Source: an uncultured Planctomycetaceae bacterium
GTDB taxonomy: Bacteria; Planctomycetota; Planctomycetia; Isosphaerales; Isosphaeraceae
DNA: 64,000 bases
Reading direction: 5' to 3'
NCBI GenBank assembly: GCA_963833985.1
Contig: CAWIAD010000001.1
Coordinates: forward strand, 960,001-1,024,000
The notes beneath the pieces were generated by a model. The model had not been told where the DNA came from, did not search any database, and saw nothing but the letters and a program-made list of their open reading frames with translations. Each line of letters opens with the position of its first letter. Within the stretch, counting starts at the first letter, position 1. The position numbers and the translations under genes were made by a program. Below are positions 22,501 through 35,196 of the stretch, piece by piece.

Positions 22501-25500
22501 TTCAGTGGAACGGGCGACTCGAACGCGGACATCATCCTGGAAGATTCCTCCGGGAATGAGCTCGCCCTGCCGACGACCGGCACGGGCCTCAGCGCCGTGA
22601 TCCACAATTTCGTGGCTCCCAGCAGCGGCACGTACTACGTTGCCGTCTTCGGCGCGCCGTCTTCTACGTACAGCCTGGTCATCACCCGCGGAGCCGACTT
22701 CAGCGTTCATGGCAGTAGCTTCGCCAACGCTCAGCCGCTTGACGGCGTGAACAGCGTGCTCGGCGCCATCACCAAGGGGGGCGGCGCCCTCCAGGCGCTC
22801 GACCTCCAGGCGTTCGCGTACTCGAACATCTACCAGACCAATCCGGTCACGGGTGCGTTCGGCAGCCACATCACCAGCCCGAACAATGACGGCTTTTACC
22901 TGTTCGGCCAGAACATGGCCTCCGATGGCACCTATACCTATTATAACGATGGCTACGGCGGCGCCGGCACGATCTACAAGCTCGACTCCACCGGAGCGAT
23001 CGTCGCCCAGACCACCGGGCCCAACAGCAACCTGTACGGCGGCCTGGCATACCTGAACGGCAAGCTCTACGCCGACGCTCCGTTCGACTCGAACATCTAC
23101 ATCTACGATGCCAGCACGCTGGCCTTCGAGGGAACCATCAACACCGGTGACGCCCTGGCCTGGGTCGGCCTCGCCGGCGACCCTGATCGTGGCGTGCTCT
23201 GGGCCGTGGCGCAAGGGTTCCCGGGCACCCTGGCCGAGATCGACCCCACCAGCGGGACCATACTCAAGCAAGGCCCGGACAATAACCAGTATTCGTACGA
23301 GCAAGATATCGCCTATTCCAACGGCGAGCTGATCGTTTCCGAGGTTGCTGGCACGATTGCCGGTGCTGGCGCACTGGACGAGTACAACCCGGATACCCTG
23401 GGCTTCCTCCAGCGCGTCTTCCCGCCCTACCAGTACAGCGCCTCCGGCCTGGCCGGCGACGGCCTGGGCGGCCAGAGCACCGACTGGTACCAGTTCAATG
23501 TCAATGCCGGCGACAACCTGGTGATCAGCACCACCACGCCCGGCGGCACCAGCGCAAGCGGTTATCAGTTCACGAATGACCTGATGCCGACCATCAACCT
23601 GTACGACGCCAACAACAACCTGGTGGCCACCGCGACGGGCAATGCCTCGGACGGCCGCAATGACGTGATCGACTGGACGGCGCTCAGCTCCGGCAGCTAT
23701 CGCGTGCAGATCGTGGGCGCCAGCAAGGATAACCTGGGAGAGTACACGATCAGCGTCCAGGGCGCGACGGGCGGGGTGGGGCCGTTCACGGTCACCTCGA
23801 CGAGCCCGGCGGCTGGCTCGGACCTGGGCTTCCAGGTCTCGACGATGACCGTCGCGGTGAGCGGCAGCATCTACCTGCCTTCAGTGAGCCCCAGCGACTT
23901 CACGATCGACGGTCAGAGCGCCACCAGCGTGGCGGTGCTCGACGACCACGACCTGAGCTTCAGCTTCCCCACCACCGCCAACGGCGTGCACAACGTCACG
24001 ATCAGCGGGCTGACAAACCTCCAGGGCGTGGCCCTCACGCCGGACAGCTTCAGCTTCGCCACCGACGACGTACCGCCGGTCGTCGTCTCCAGCTCGATCC
24101 CCGACGGCGCAGTGCTCACGCCGGGGAATCTGACAGAAGTCATCACCTTCAGCAAGCCGATCCAGCCGAGCTCGGTGAGCACCTCCGACATCCAGCTCTA
24201 CGGCGAGCTTCGTAATGTCTTCTATAACCCGTCGAGCATCAGCTTCGACCCCACCGACACCATTCTCACCATCAGCTACAGCAGCCTGCCGTCGGACGCC
24301 TACCAGTTCACTCTCATCGCCGGGCCGGGGAACTTCCTGAGCAACGCGGGCGTCCCCTTGCAGAACAACTTCGTGGTCAACTTCACGATGCCCGTGGGCA
24401 CCGCCAGCATCACCGGATTGATGTCCGTGAGCCCGGCGGGGAGCCTCGTCTACCAGAAGACGATCGACAACGTGCTGTTGACCCCCAGCGACGTCGACAA
24501 CTACACCCTGGCGATCGACCCGCAACAGACGCTCGCGGTGGTGGCCACGCCGGTGACCTCCGGAATGACCCTCACCGTGACCCTGATCTCCCCCACCGGC
24601 CACGTCCTGGGCACGGCCACCTCGCCCACACCGGGCGCCCCGGCGGTCCTGAAGGGCGTGCAGAGCTCCAAGGGCGGCGCATACACCATCCAGATCACCG
24701 CCAATATCGCCGGCGAATACCACCTCACCCCCACCCTGAATGCACTCATCGATCCGGCCGCTTACGGTGGTACGCCCGATAACTCGATCGCCAACGCCCA
24801 GCCGCTGGACCCCTACGCCAACTCGTTCATCGCCGGCGCCGACCGGACCGCCGTACTGGGCGCGATCACTGGCACGCCTGTCACCTTCGGCGACGCAATC
24901 GTTGTCGAGGCGAGCGACGTGATCCTGGTCGACAAGTCGACCGGCAAGATCGTCGAGCGGATCAACAGTCCGGACTTCGCCGGCCTCTATCTCTTCGACG
25001 TCGCGCTGGCGCCGGACAACACCTTCTACGTGCTGGGCGATCAGAACTTCTACACCGGCGTGGTCATCCACCTGAACCTCCAGGGACAGACGCTGGGCGA
25101 GTTCACCGTCCCGATCAGCGACAATCCCGGGTATCTCTCGCCCGAGGGATTCGGGCTCAATCCGACCGACGGCAGCTTCTGGTTTGGCCTCATCAACAGC
25201 GGCCAGGTGGTGCACACCGACGCCAGCGGCAACCTGCTGGGCGACTACTACGTTGGGGGCAGCCCGAACGACGTTGCGGTCGGGCCCAATGGGCAGGTTT
25301 ATATTACCCAGATCTTCTCGGGCTACGTCCAGACGCTCGACCCGTCCACCGGCAACACGTCGTACTTTGCCTCCGCAAGCTTCCCCATCGACCTGACCTG
25401 GAGTGCCGCGGGCGACCTCTGGGTGGGCGACATCAATGGCGGCGCTGTCGAATACGACAGCTCGGGTAACGAGATCTTCTCGATCCCCGACTCCGGGGCG

Positions 25501-28500
25501 ACGGCGGCCGAGCCGGCCCTTTCCGGCAACATCTGGGACACGAACGTCTTCACGGGAAAGGTGAACCAGTTCAGCCCCAGCGGCGGCCTGCTCACGACAA
25601 CCAGCGCCTCGCTGTTCCAGCCCGGCCTGGCGGTCCTGGGCGACGTGCCGGGCGAGGCACCTCTGCCGCCCCCGCAGAACCCGGTCTACTCGATCAACCT
25701 CACTCAGGGCGAGAGCGCCTCGTTCATCATCCAGAGCCTGAACAGCTCGAACGTGTCGCTCACGCTCTATGATGACAGCGGCGACACGCTGGCCCTGAGC
25801 AAAGCCGGCGCCACCAACTACGCCCAGGGCATCAACAACTTCGTGGCATCGGCCACCGGCACGTACTACGTGCAAGTCACCGGCGATCCGGCGCGCAGTT
25901 CAACCTGGTGGTCACCCGCAATTCCGATTTCATGACCCAGAAGAACAACAGCCTCGCGCTGGCCCAGCAGCTTCTCGGCACCGGAGCCGTTCTGGGGGCG
26001 ATCACACCGACGAGCGCCGCGATCTACACGCTGGATAACAACCTCTACAGCCCGCCGTTCCCGATCTGGCAAACCAACCCGGACACTGGTGCGTTCATCC
26101 CCCCGTCGATCCCGGCGCCCTCGACCACGCCGAACAACCCGTTCGGCCTGAACATGGCCTATGACGGTACATATATCTATTACAACAACGGTTCCGGAGT
26201 TGGCACCAACACGATCTACAAGATCGACGCCGCGACCGGGCAGGTTGTCGCCCAGGCGACACCGCCCAGCACGGTGCCACTTCTCGGCGGCATCGCCTAC
26301 CTGAATGGTGAGCTCTACGGCATCGCGGCGTTCAACTCGGACCTTTACCTCTTCGATCCGAGCACGCTCGCATTCCAGAGCACGATCACGACGGGCATCG
26401 GCTCGGGTTATGCGGTCGAGGGCCTGGCCGGCAATTCCGACAACGGCATGCTTTATGCCATCGCCCAGGGCGCGCCAGGCACGTTCTTCGAGCTCAACCC
26501 CTCCACAGGCGCGGTGGTCGCCACGGCGCCGGACAACAACCAGGGGCTGAACGAGCAGGACATGGCCTACCAGAATGGCCAGCTCTTCGTGTCCGACACC
26601 AACGGCCTGGGATCCTCCGGCGGCACGAACGTGATCGACGTCTACGACGCCACCACGTTCGCGTTCCTGCGGCGAATGCCCGTGGCAACGCAGGGCTTCG
26701 TTTCGGGCCTGGCGGGCGACGGCCTGGGCGTGGCACCTTCACCGGTATCTTACTACAGCGTGAACGCCAACGCCGGCGACAACCTGCACTTCGCGACCTC
26801 GACGCCGGCGGGTGGCCCGAACGAGTTCGTGAATAACCTCTACCCCGAGCTGCTGCTCTATGACCCCAACGGTAACCTGGTCGCCGTCGCTGCGGGCAAT
26901 GGGTCCGACGGCCGGAACTCGGTGATCGACTTCACCGTGCCTCAGGGCGACGCCGGCCAGTGGATCATCGAGGTTGCCCAGTCCCCGAACACATCCGCAC
27001 CGACCTTTGGCGAGTACGGCCTGACGGCCACGGGCGCCACCGGCACCCTGGCTCCGTTCACCGTCACAGCCGCGACTCCGGCCCCGGGCGCCCTCATCCA
27101 GCCGCCGTCGACGGTCACCATCAGCTTCAATCAGTCGGTCTTCATCCCCTCACTCACCGCCGGCGAGCTGGAAGTCAACGGCGTGGCGGCGACCGGCTTC
27201 ACCGTGGACAACGCCACGACAGTGACCTGGGCCATTCCCTCCAGCGCCTACGGCACGGGCGTGGACCTGGCCAACGTCGTGACGCTGGGTGCCGATGCCT
27301 CGGGCAATCAGGTCACGGACATCAGCGGCCAGACGCTCATCCCGTTCAGCTATACCTTCTTCACGACGAACGTCGCGCCCACGGTCGTGAGCTCGTCGGT
27401 TGACGGCCAGGTCTTCTCGCCGGCCCCGGCCAATATCACCGACGTCGTCACCTTCAGCCAGCCGATGAACACGACGTTCACGACCGACGCCAGCTTCCAG
27501 CTCTATGGCCAGTACCGCAACCAGGTGATCGCGGCCGCCTCCTTCAGCTGGGACCCGACTGGCACCATCCTGACGATCAATTTCGCCAAGGTTCCCGACG
27601 ATGTCTACACGCTGACCCTCTTCGCCAGCGGCTTCGAGAACGTGGTTGGAATTCCCCTGGCCAGCAACTACGTGTCCAACTTCACCGTCACGCTGGGCAC
27701 CGCGGCGTTCCCGACGCCGCTCACGTCCATCCCGCCGCTTGGCGACCTGATCTACACCGGCAGTGACAGCCACGTCCTGGCCACGTCCACCGACGTGAAC
27801 AGCCTGACGCTGGCCCTGAACGCGGGCGAGTCGCTCACCCTGATCGGTACGCCCTCGGCGGCGAACCAGCAACTGGTGATCACGGTCCTCAATCCAGGCG
27901 GCACGACAGTCGCCACCGCGACGGCCCTGGCCCCGGGTCAGAACGTCGTCATCGAGAACGCGCCGGCCGCAACCACTGGCACCTACACGATCCAGATCAG
28001 CGATTCTAGCGGTAACCTGGGCCTCTACTCGATCCAGGCCTACCTCAATAGCTACGTCAAGCAGGGCACGTCGAACGACACGATCGGCACGGCCCAGAAC
28101 ATCAACCCCAGCTCCTATACGCTGAGCTCCGGCTCGAACCGGCTCGGCCTGGTCGGCAGCCTCCCGGCAGGAACCCTGCAACCGGGCGATGCCTTCGTGG
28201 TCTCGCAGGGGACCTATTTCACCGGCACGTCGAATATCCTCGTGATCAACGAAGCCGGACAGGTGATCAACACCATCCCGATCAACCTGAACTACTCGTA
28301 CACGGTCGGCGAGGTGAAGCTCAGCCCGTACAACAACGAGCTCTACGTGGGACTGACCACCAGCAATCCGTTCGTCGTGCCGACGCAGGAGATCACCGGC
28401 GAGCTGCTCGAGCTCGACCCGGTCACCGGCAAGCTGCTGAACACCATCAACCTCCCCGCTGACCCGTGGATCAACGGGAATCCCAACTTCTACTACTTCT

Positions 28501-31500
28501 ATCCCTTCGCGTTCGACGCCGCTACCGACGGCACGTTCTGGATCTCCCAGCCCGACAGCAACAACATCATCCATGTGGACGGCTCGGGCAACGTGCTCGC
28601 GAGCTACTCGACGGGGAGCATCCTGCCGTACAGTCCCACGGTCCGGCCTGACGGCGAAGTCTACTTCACGAGCAACACCCCCAACGCGATCTTCCTCCTT
28701 GATCCGAACACGGGCAACATTTCCCAGTTCGCCAGCCAGCCGAACCCGCAGTTCAGTAACCTGGCCGGCACCGGCGGGCTCTGGTCGGCCGACTTCTACA
28801 ACGGTGCTCAGCGGTTCGACAGCTCGGGCAACCTGCTCCAGTCCGTCGGCTATTACGGCTCGACGCAGGCCCAGAACGATCCATCAGGAAACGTCTGGGT
28901 CTCCAACGACTACTACCAGGCCGCGTTCCTGTTTGACAGCAATGGCAACCAGCTCCAGTCCGTGACGGTCCCGAACGCGGAGGGCCTCGCGGTCTGGGGT
29001 GTCGATAACCCCAACCCGCCGGCGCAGGACACCCAGGACTACTACAGCTTCTCGCTGACCGCCGGCCAGAGCGCGACCCTGGTGGCCAAGAGCCTGAACA
29101 GCCTGGGTGTCCAGATCAGCCTGGTCGACGGCAACGGCAACGTGCTGGCCACTGGCGTCAGTGGGGCGAGCAACGTCGACTCGTCGATCTCCAACTTCGT
29201 GGCACCGACGACGGGGACTTACTACGTCAAGGTCACCGGGGCTCCGGGCGTTCAGTACAGCGTGGCGGTTACCCGCGGCGCCACGTTCGAGCTCAAGCCC
29301 AATGGCACGCAGCAGACGGCCCAGCCGATCACCGGCAACGGAGTACTGGGCGCGGCCACGCCAGGCGGCACTCTGGTGATCGGCAACACCTTCCAGGGCA
29401 TCGACTTCGCGTCGCCGAACAATCCCTGCGGCTGCTTGCCGCCGGACACCAACGCGGCCGTCGGGCCCACGCAGGTGATCGAAACGGTCAACGAGGAGAT
29501 CCGTGTCTGGGACAAGACAACCGGTGCCACCGTGCTGGACGAGTCGCTGGCCTCGTTCTTTGGCCAGGGAAGCTTCGGCGACGTGTACGTCTTGTACGAC
29601 AACACGGCCGACCGCTTCTACGTCACGGCCTTCGACGGATCGGCCACGGGATTGCTGCTGGCCATCTCGAAGGACTCCAACGCCCTGGACGGCTGGCTGC
29701 CCACCTACAACCTGAATGTCAATGGCGGAGCCGGCACTCCCGACTATCCCAAGCCGGGCTTCAACAAGGACGCCATCTTCGTTGACTACAACGACTTCAG
29801 CGGCTCTGGCGATGCCAAGATCGCGACCATCAACAAGGCCGCGGCTTTCGCCGGCACGCTCCAGATGTACATCTCGACGCCGGCACCCGAGTTCCGGGCG
29901 ATGACCCCGGCGCAGATGAATGGCGACACGACCGGCGGCACGGAGTGGTTCTTCTCGACCGACGGGAACGACGTCAGCGGCAACACGATGCGTGTCACCG
30001 CCATGACCAACTACTTCAGCACCACCCCGACCTACACTTACTACTCGATCCCGGTCACTCCGTACCAGGCCCCGGCGGTTGCTGACCAGCCCGGCGGCTC
30101 CTGGACCACGTTCCCCAACACCACGACCTACAGCGTTCAGTACCTCAACGGCATGCTGGTGACGGCCATGGCGTCGGGCACGGCCGCCGATGGATACACC
30201 TATCCCAAGGGCCTCTACTACGAGGTGAACGTCGCCAGCGGCACGCCGGTGCTGGTGAACCAGGGTGTGATCGATCCCGGGCCCGGCGTGTCGGTCCAGA
30301 TGCCATCGGTTGCAATGGACCGCAACGGCAACCTGGGCTTTACCTGGATGGAAGCCTCGAGCACCGAATACCTCTCGATGTGGATCGGCAGCCTCGACAA
30401 CCAGGGCCACTTCAGCTCCTACGACGTCTCGCCGGGCGGAGGGTTCTTCTACCAGAACTCCCGCATCGGCGATTACAGCACAGTCGCTCTCGACCCCACC
30501 AGCAACACCTTCTGGGCGGCCAACGAGTACATCGGATCCGATGGCGCCAGCGATATCTGGCGGACCTACATCGCCTCGTTCTCACTCCCGCCGGCGGTGG
30601 ACAACAACTGGTACTCGGTCGACGTTCAGTCCGGCCAGGCGCTGTCGCTCCAGACCTCGACCCCATCCGATCAGGGCGGTCAGTTCATCAACACCGCCTC
30701 GCTCGAGATCGAGCTCTACGACACCTTCGGCAACCTGGTCGCCGTCGGTACCAAGCTGGCCGACGGCCGCAACGAGGCGCTCTTCTACAACGCCCCGGTC
30801 ACCGGCCAGTACTTTGTGCACCTGTACAACGACCCGGGCACCTCGGGCGAGTACTTCCTGTCGGCGACCACCAAGGCGTACGCCTCGGGTGGCATCTCCG
30901 GCCAGGTCTACAACGACCTGAGCGGCAGCGGATCCCAGACGCCTGCCGACCCCGGTCTGGATCACTGGGAGATCAACGTCTACACCGCGAGTAACCAGTA
31001 CGTCGCCTCGCAGCTCACGTACGGCGGAGGCTACTTCGACATCGCGGGCCTGGCGCCTGGAAGGTACAAGGTCAGCGAGGTGCTCATGAACGGCTGGACC
31101 GAAACCCAGCCGAGCACGCTGAACAAGACCTACACCGTCACGGTGGCGGCGAATCAGACCACCAGTGGTCTGCTCTTCGGCAACTTCCAGAACGTGACGA
31201 TCGCCGGCACGGTCTTCAACGACCTGACGGGCATCGGCAGCTTCCTGCCCGGCGACCCCGGCCTCTCCGGCTGGACCGTCAAGCTGATCAGCAGCGCCGG
31301 CAAGACCGTGGCCACCACGACCTCCGACGCGAACGGCAACTACACGTTCGCCAACGTCGGTCCGGCGCGTTCACGGTCGCGGAAACGCTCAAGAATGGCT
31401 GGATTCAGACCGTGCCGGCAGCGCCGGGCACGTACAGCGTCACCACCTCGAGCGGCACGAACACCAGCGGCCTGCTGTTCGGCAACTTCCAGCTCGTGAC

Positions 31501-33238
31501 CTTCGCCGGCACGGTGTACAACGACCTCAACGGCAACGGAGTACTCGATTCAGGTGAGAAGGGACTGGGTGGCTGGAAGATCAACCTCATCAACGATGTG
31601 ACGGGTGCCACGGTCGCGACCAAGACCAGCAACGCCAGCGGGGCCTTCTCGTTCACCGGTATCCTCCCTGGTCTGTACTCGGTGCAGGAGATCAACCAGA
31701 GCGGCTGGTACCAGACCCAGCCAGTCAATCCTCCGGGTACCTACACACTCCAGGCCATCAGCAGCGCAACCCAGAGCTCGCTCAACTTCGGTAACTTCAA
31801 GCTGGTGACCGTGAGCGGCGAGGTGTACAACGACCTGAACGGCAACGGCAACCTCAATCCGGGCGAGCCTGGCCTGTCGGGCTGGACGGTGATGCTGCTT
31901 GATGCCTCCGGCAACACGGTGGCCACCACCACCAGCGACGCCAAGGGTGACTACACCTTCGCCAGCCTTTTCCCGGGCGCGTTCACCATCGAGGAAGTAC
32001 TGCAAACCGGCTGGACCCAGACGCAGCCGGTCAACCCTGGGTACTACCAGTTCTCCACGAAGAGTGGCACGAACCTCACGGGGCTGAACTTCGGTAACTA
32101 TCTTGCCGCCTCGATCACCGTTTCCGGAAACGTCTACAACGACCTGAACGGCAACGGGATCTCGAATCCCGGCGAGCCCGGTCTCTCCGGCTGGACCGTC
32201 AACCTTGAGGATAGCAGTGGCAATGTGCTCGCTTCGAGCGTGACGGACGCCAACGGCAACTACACGTTCAGCGGACTGGGAATCGGCTCGTTCCAGGTGG
32301 CCGAGGTCGTGCAGACCAACTGGGTTCAGACCCAGCCCTCCTACCCGACCTCTTACTCGTTCACGACCAAGCCGGGGATGAACCTGAACGGGCTTACCTT
32401 CGGCGACTACTTCGCGAACGCGTTTTCGCCCACGTCGGTCATCGACAATGGCCAGAGCGGCTATACCGAGACCGGCACCTGGAAGACCGCCACCGGCGGC
32501 TTCAACGGCAACAACCGGACCGCATCGGTCGTGCATTCCGGCAAGGGAACGGCCAAGGCCACCTGGGCCTTCACCGTCACGCCCGGCGCCACGTACGCGG
32601 TCTACCTGACCTTCGCGGGCAAGAGCAATTACGCTCAGTCCGCACCGTTTACGGTCTACGACGGCACCACGTCGCTGGGGACCATGTTCATAGACGAGTC
32701 CATCCTGGTCACCCAGGCCCAGGGCGGGTTCACTGAGGGCAGCTACGGCGGTGTGGGCTGGATCGACATCGGCAGCTACACTCCTAGCGGCAGCTCGCTG
32801 AACGTGGTCCTGAGCAACCTGATCGCCAGCGGCGGAGGCAGCCTGGTGGATGCCGACGGCGTGGCGATCGTTCAGACCAGCACCGGTGCCGGCCCCAACC
32901 TCGCGTCGCTGCCGCCAGGCTCCAGCAGCAGCAACGGTACCTCCGCCGGTCCCGTCGGCATGGCCGCACTCGACCTCAGCACGGGCTCGACGCCGACTGG
33001 CACCAGCGGCAAGAGCACCACTCCGGTCGTCATTCTCAGCGGTGTGTCGCAGGCAGCACCCTTGACTGTGGTCTACTCCCAGGGCACGCAGCCGGTCGTG
33101 AACCAGGCGGCTCCCACCGTGGTCGACGCGGTGCTCGGGCTGACAAACGGCGACGGCGGCACCAGCGGCTCGACGTCCACCGGCAACATCGCTGCACTGG
33201 CGAAGGCGCTCCTGTCCGGTAAGAAGGCCTCCGCGTGA
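19567..33238 (+). CDS. Giant (~4,560 aa) multidomain extracellular/adhesin-like protein; two 1-nt frameshifts (~25890, ~31364)
   Basis: Three consecutive ORFs (2122, 1863, 608 aa) join by adding one G each: GDPGAQFNLVVTRN and NVGPGAFTVAETLKNGW. Contains LESLEERTLLS motif, two PPDT...VETVN domains, Big_5-like Ig repeats, PPC-like domains (D.Y.F...AG), beta-propeller segments, SdrD B-like repeats (GxVYNDLNGNG...GEPGLSGWTV), a golvesin-like domain (VIDNG...ADGVAI) and a VDAVL tail. Confidence 0.88.
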
Positions 33239-33285
33239 TGCGGTTTCCGGCCAGGCTCGTCCAGGCCTGATCTCGAATGTGTTGC

Positions 33286-33324
33286 AACCCGGCCCATCCG
33301 CTGATCTGATGGGCCGGGTTTTTT
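33286..33324 (+). terminator. Rho-independent terminator
   Basis: 13-bp perfect stem AACCCGGCCCATC / GATGGGCCGGGTT followed by a T run. Confidence 0.85.
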
Positions 33325-33382
33325 CGTTTGCGCACCGGGCCGCCGACCGGGGCTGACTTCCTGCCGTGCGGGACATACCTCA

Positions 33383-34054
33383 ATGCAACCTCTGGCCGAG
33401 GACGTCGAGCTGCTGGACGGCTTTCCCCGCTACGCCTTCAACGTCTATGTGATGGGCGGCGTGCTGATCGACGCGGGAACACGGTTTGACCACTCACGGA
33501 TCTTGCGTCAGGTGCGCGGACGCAGGCTCAAGGCACACGCCCTGACGCATGCCCATCCCGACCACCAGGGGGCCAGTCACGCACTTTGCGACGAGCTCGG
33601 GCTGCCGCTCTGGTGCGGCGCGGCCGACGCGGATGCCATGGAGACCGCGGGCGAGATCATGGCGCGGCTGCCCCGCCACTGGCTGACCCGCGCCGTGGGC
33701 CCGCACTGGACGGGTCCTCCTCACCCGGTGGCGCGGCGGCTCCAGGAAGGTGACGAGGTTGGTGGTTTTCGCGTGCTTGAAACGCCCGGCCACACGATCG
33801 GCCATATTTCCTTCTGGCGCGAGACGGACCGCACCCTGGTACTGGGCGATGTCCTGGCAAACATCCACATCTACTCGGGCCTGCGGCAACTGCGCGAGCC
33901 GCAGAGCTTCTTCTCCGTCGACCCAGTCCGGAACAGGCGCTCGGCTGTGCGTCTGGCGGAGCTGGAGCCGCGGCTGGTCTGCTTCGGCCACGGTCCGCCA
34001 GTGCGTGACCCGCGACGGCTGCTCGATTTCGTGCGCCGGTTCCCGGCGGAATGA
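33383..34054 (+). CDS. MBL-fold metallo-hydrolase
   Basis: LIDAG, THAHPDHQG, TPGHT.GH, LGD and FGHG motifs. Confidence 0.92.
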   Translation: MQPLAEDVELLDGFPRYAFNVYVMGGVLIDAGTRFDHSRILRQVRGRRLKAHALTHAHPDHQGASHALCDELGLPLWCGAADADAMETAGEIMARLPRHWLTRAVGPHWTGPPHPVARRLQEGDEVGGFRVLETPGHTIGHISFWRETDRTLVLGDVLANIHIYSGLRQLREPQSFFSVDPVRNRRSAVRLAELEPRLVCFGHGPPVRDPRRLLDFVRRFPAE

Positions 34055-34141
34055 TCCCAGGTTTTCGACAAGGATCCACCAAACTCTTATGATGCGGGAG
34101 CTTTCTGGCTCACCCCGCACGAACTCTTGGAGACGGGATCG

Positions 34142-35059
34142 ATGACCCGGACGATGCAACATTTAGGTTCTCTTGTCATGCTTGCCGCGCTCCTGGCTCC
34201 GGTATCGGCGTTCGCCTGGAACCCCACGGGCCACCGGGTGATCGTGTCGATCGCCTATCGCCAGCTCGACGAATCGACATGGCAGAAACTGGGTGCACTT
34301 CTGCGGAACCATCCCGCAGCCGCGCAGCTCTGGACGAACCGCGCGTCGAACGGCCCGGACGAGGTCCTCAACCTGCTCTGGAACGCGTCGGTCTTCCCCG
34401 ACGAGGCCCGCCGCCCGCCCTGGGACAGGTACAATCATCCCAAGGCGCATTATGTGAACTACCGGATCCTGAGCGATCAGGGCAATACCGTCGCGCCGCC
34501 CCTGCCCGACGAGAACGTGCTCGACTCTTACGTCGACCATTGCAAGGCAATGGGGGGCACGCAGACGCCGGCTGCGGAGCAGGCGCTTCACCTCTCGTGG
34601 ATCCTGCACCAGGCGAGCGACATCCACCAGCCTTTGCACGCGGTGGCCCGATTCTCGAAGGCACTGCCGCATGGAGATCGCGGGGGCAACGAGGTGCACC
34701 TGCCGAATCCGCGAGGGTTGACCGAGCGGAGCAACAACCTGCACGCCTACTGGGACGACCTACTGGGCAACCACGAGGACCCCGCGGCGACGGCGAAGCT
34801 CGCGGACCAGATCATGGCCGAGAACCCGCGCACGGAGTTCTCCGACGACCTGAAGAAAAAAGGGATCCGCGACTGGGCCGAGGAGAGCGTGCAGACCTGC
34901 CTCGCGACCGTCTACCAGGGGCTCGACCCCGAGACGCCCCACCTGCCGGCCGCTCCCGCCGGATACGACGACGAGGCCGTGAAGGTCGGCCGCAAGCGGA
35001 TCGCGCTTGCCGGATATCGCCTGGCCGAGGAGCTGAAACGGCTGCTCGCCGACCGGTGA
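34142..35059 (+). CDS. S1/P1 nuclease, secreted
   Basis: Signal peptide then W...GH; H...DIHQPLH, GDRGGN, NLHAYWD, WAEES and AGYRLA motifs. Confidence 0.9.
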   Translation: MTRTMQHLGSLVMLAALLAPVSAFAWNPTGHRVIVSIAYRQLDESTWQKLGALLRNHPAAAQLWTNRASNGPDEVLNLLWNASVFPDEARRPPWDRYNHPKAHYVNYRILSDQGNTVAPPLPDENVLDSYVDHCKAMGGTQTPAAEQALHLSWILHQASDIHQPLHAVARFSKALPHGDRGGNEVHLPNPRGLTERSNNLHAYWDDLLGNHEDPAATAKLADQIMAENPRTEFSDDLKKKGIRDWAEESVQTCLATVYQGLDPETPHLPAAPAGYDDEAVKVGRKRIALAGYRLAEELKRLLADR

Positions 35060-35196
35060 TCGCCCGGCGCCCGAACCTCGCGCACGTGCAAACTCCCACG
35101 CTCAGACCGCCCTTGCGAACTCCTGTCGACGAGCGTAACATCGGCTTTTACATTTGTCGTCCATTCTCGGCTAAAGCACCAATTGCGGGGGAGATC

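Noticed and set aside
25880..25910. Programmed ribosomal frameshifting in the giant gene
   Set aside because: No slippery heptamer or long homopolymer at either junction; same signature as the other indels.
30890..32410. Repeated GTxTACAACGACCTGAACGGCAACGG-like units as a CRISPR or DNA repeat array
   Set aside because: They are in-frame coding repeats of SdrD B-like domains about 300 nt apart, not repeat-spacer units.
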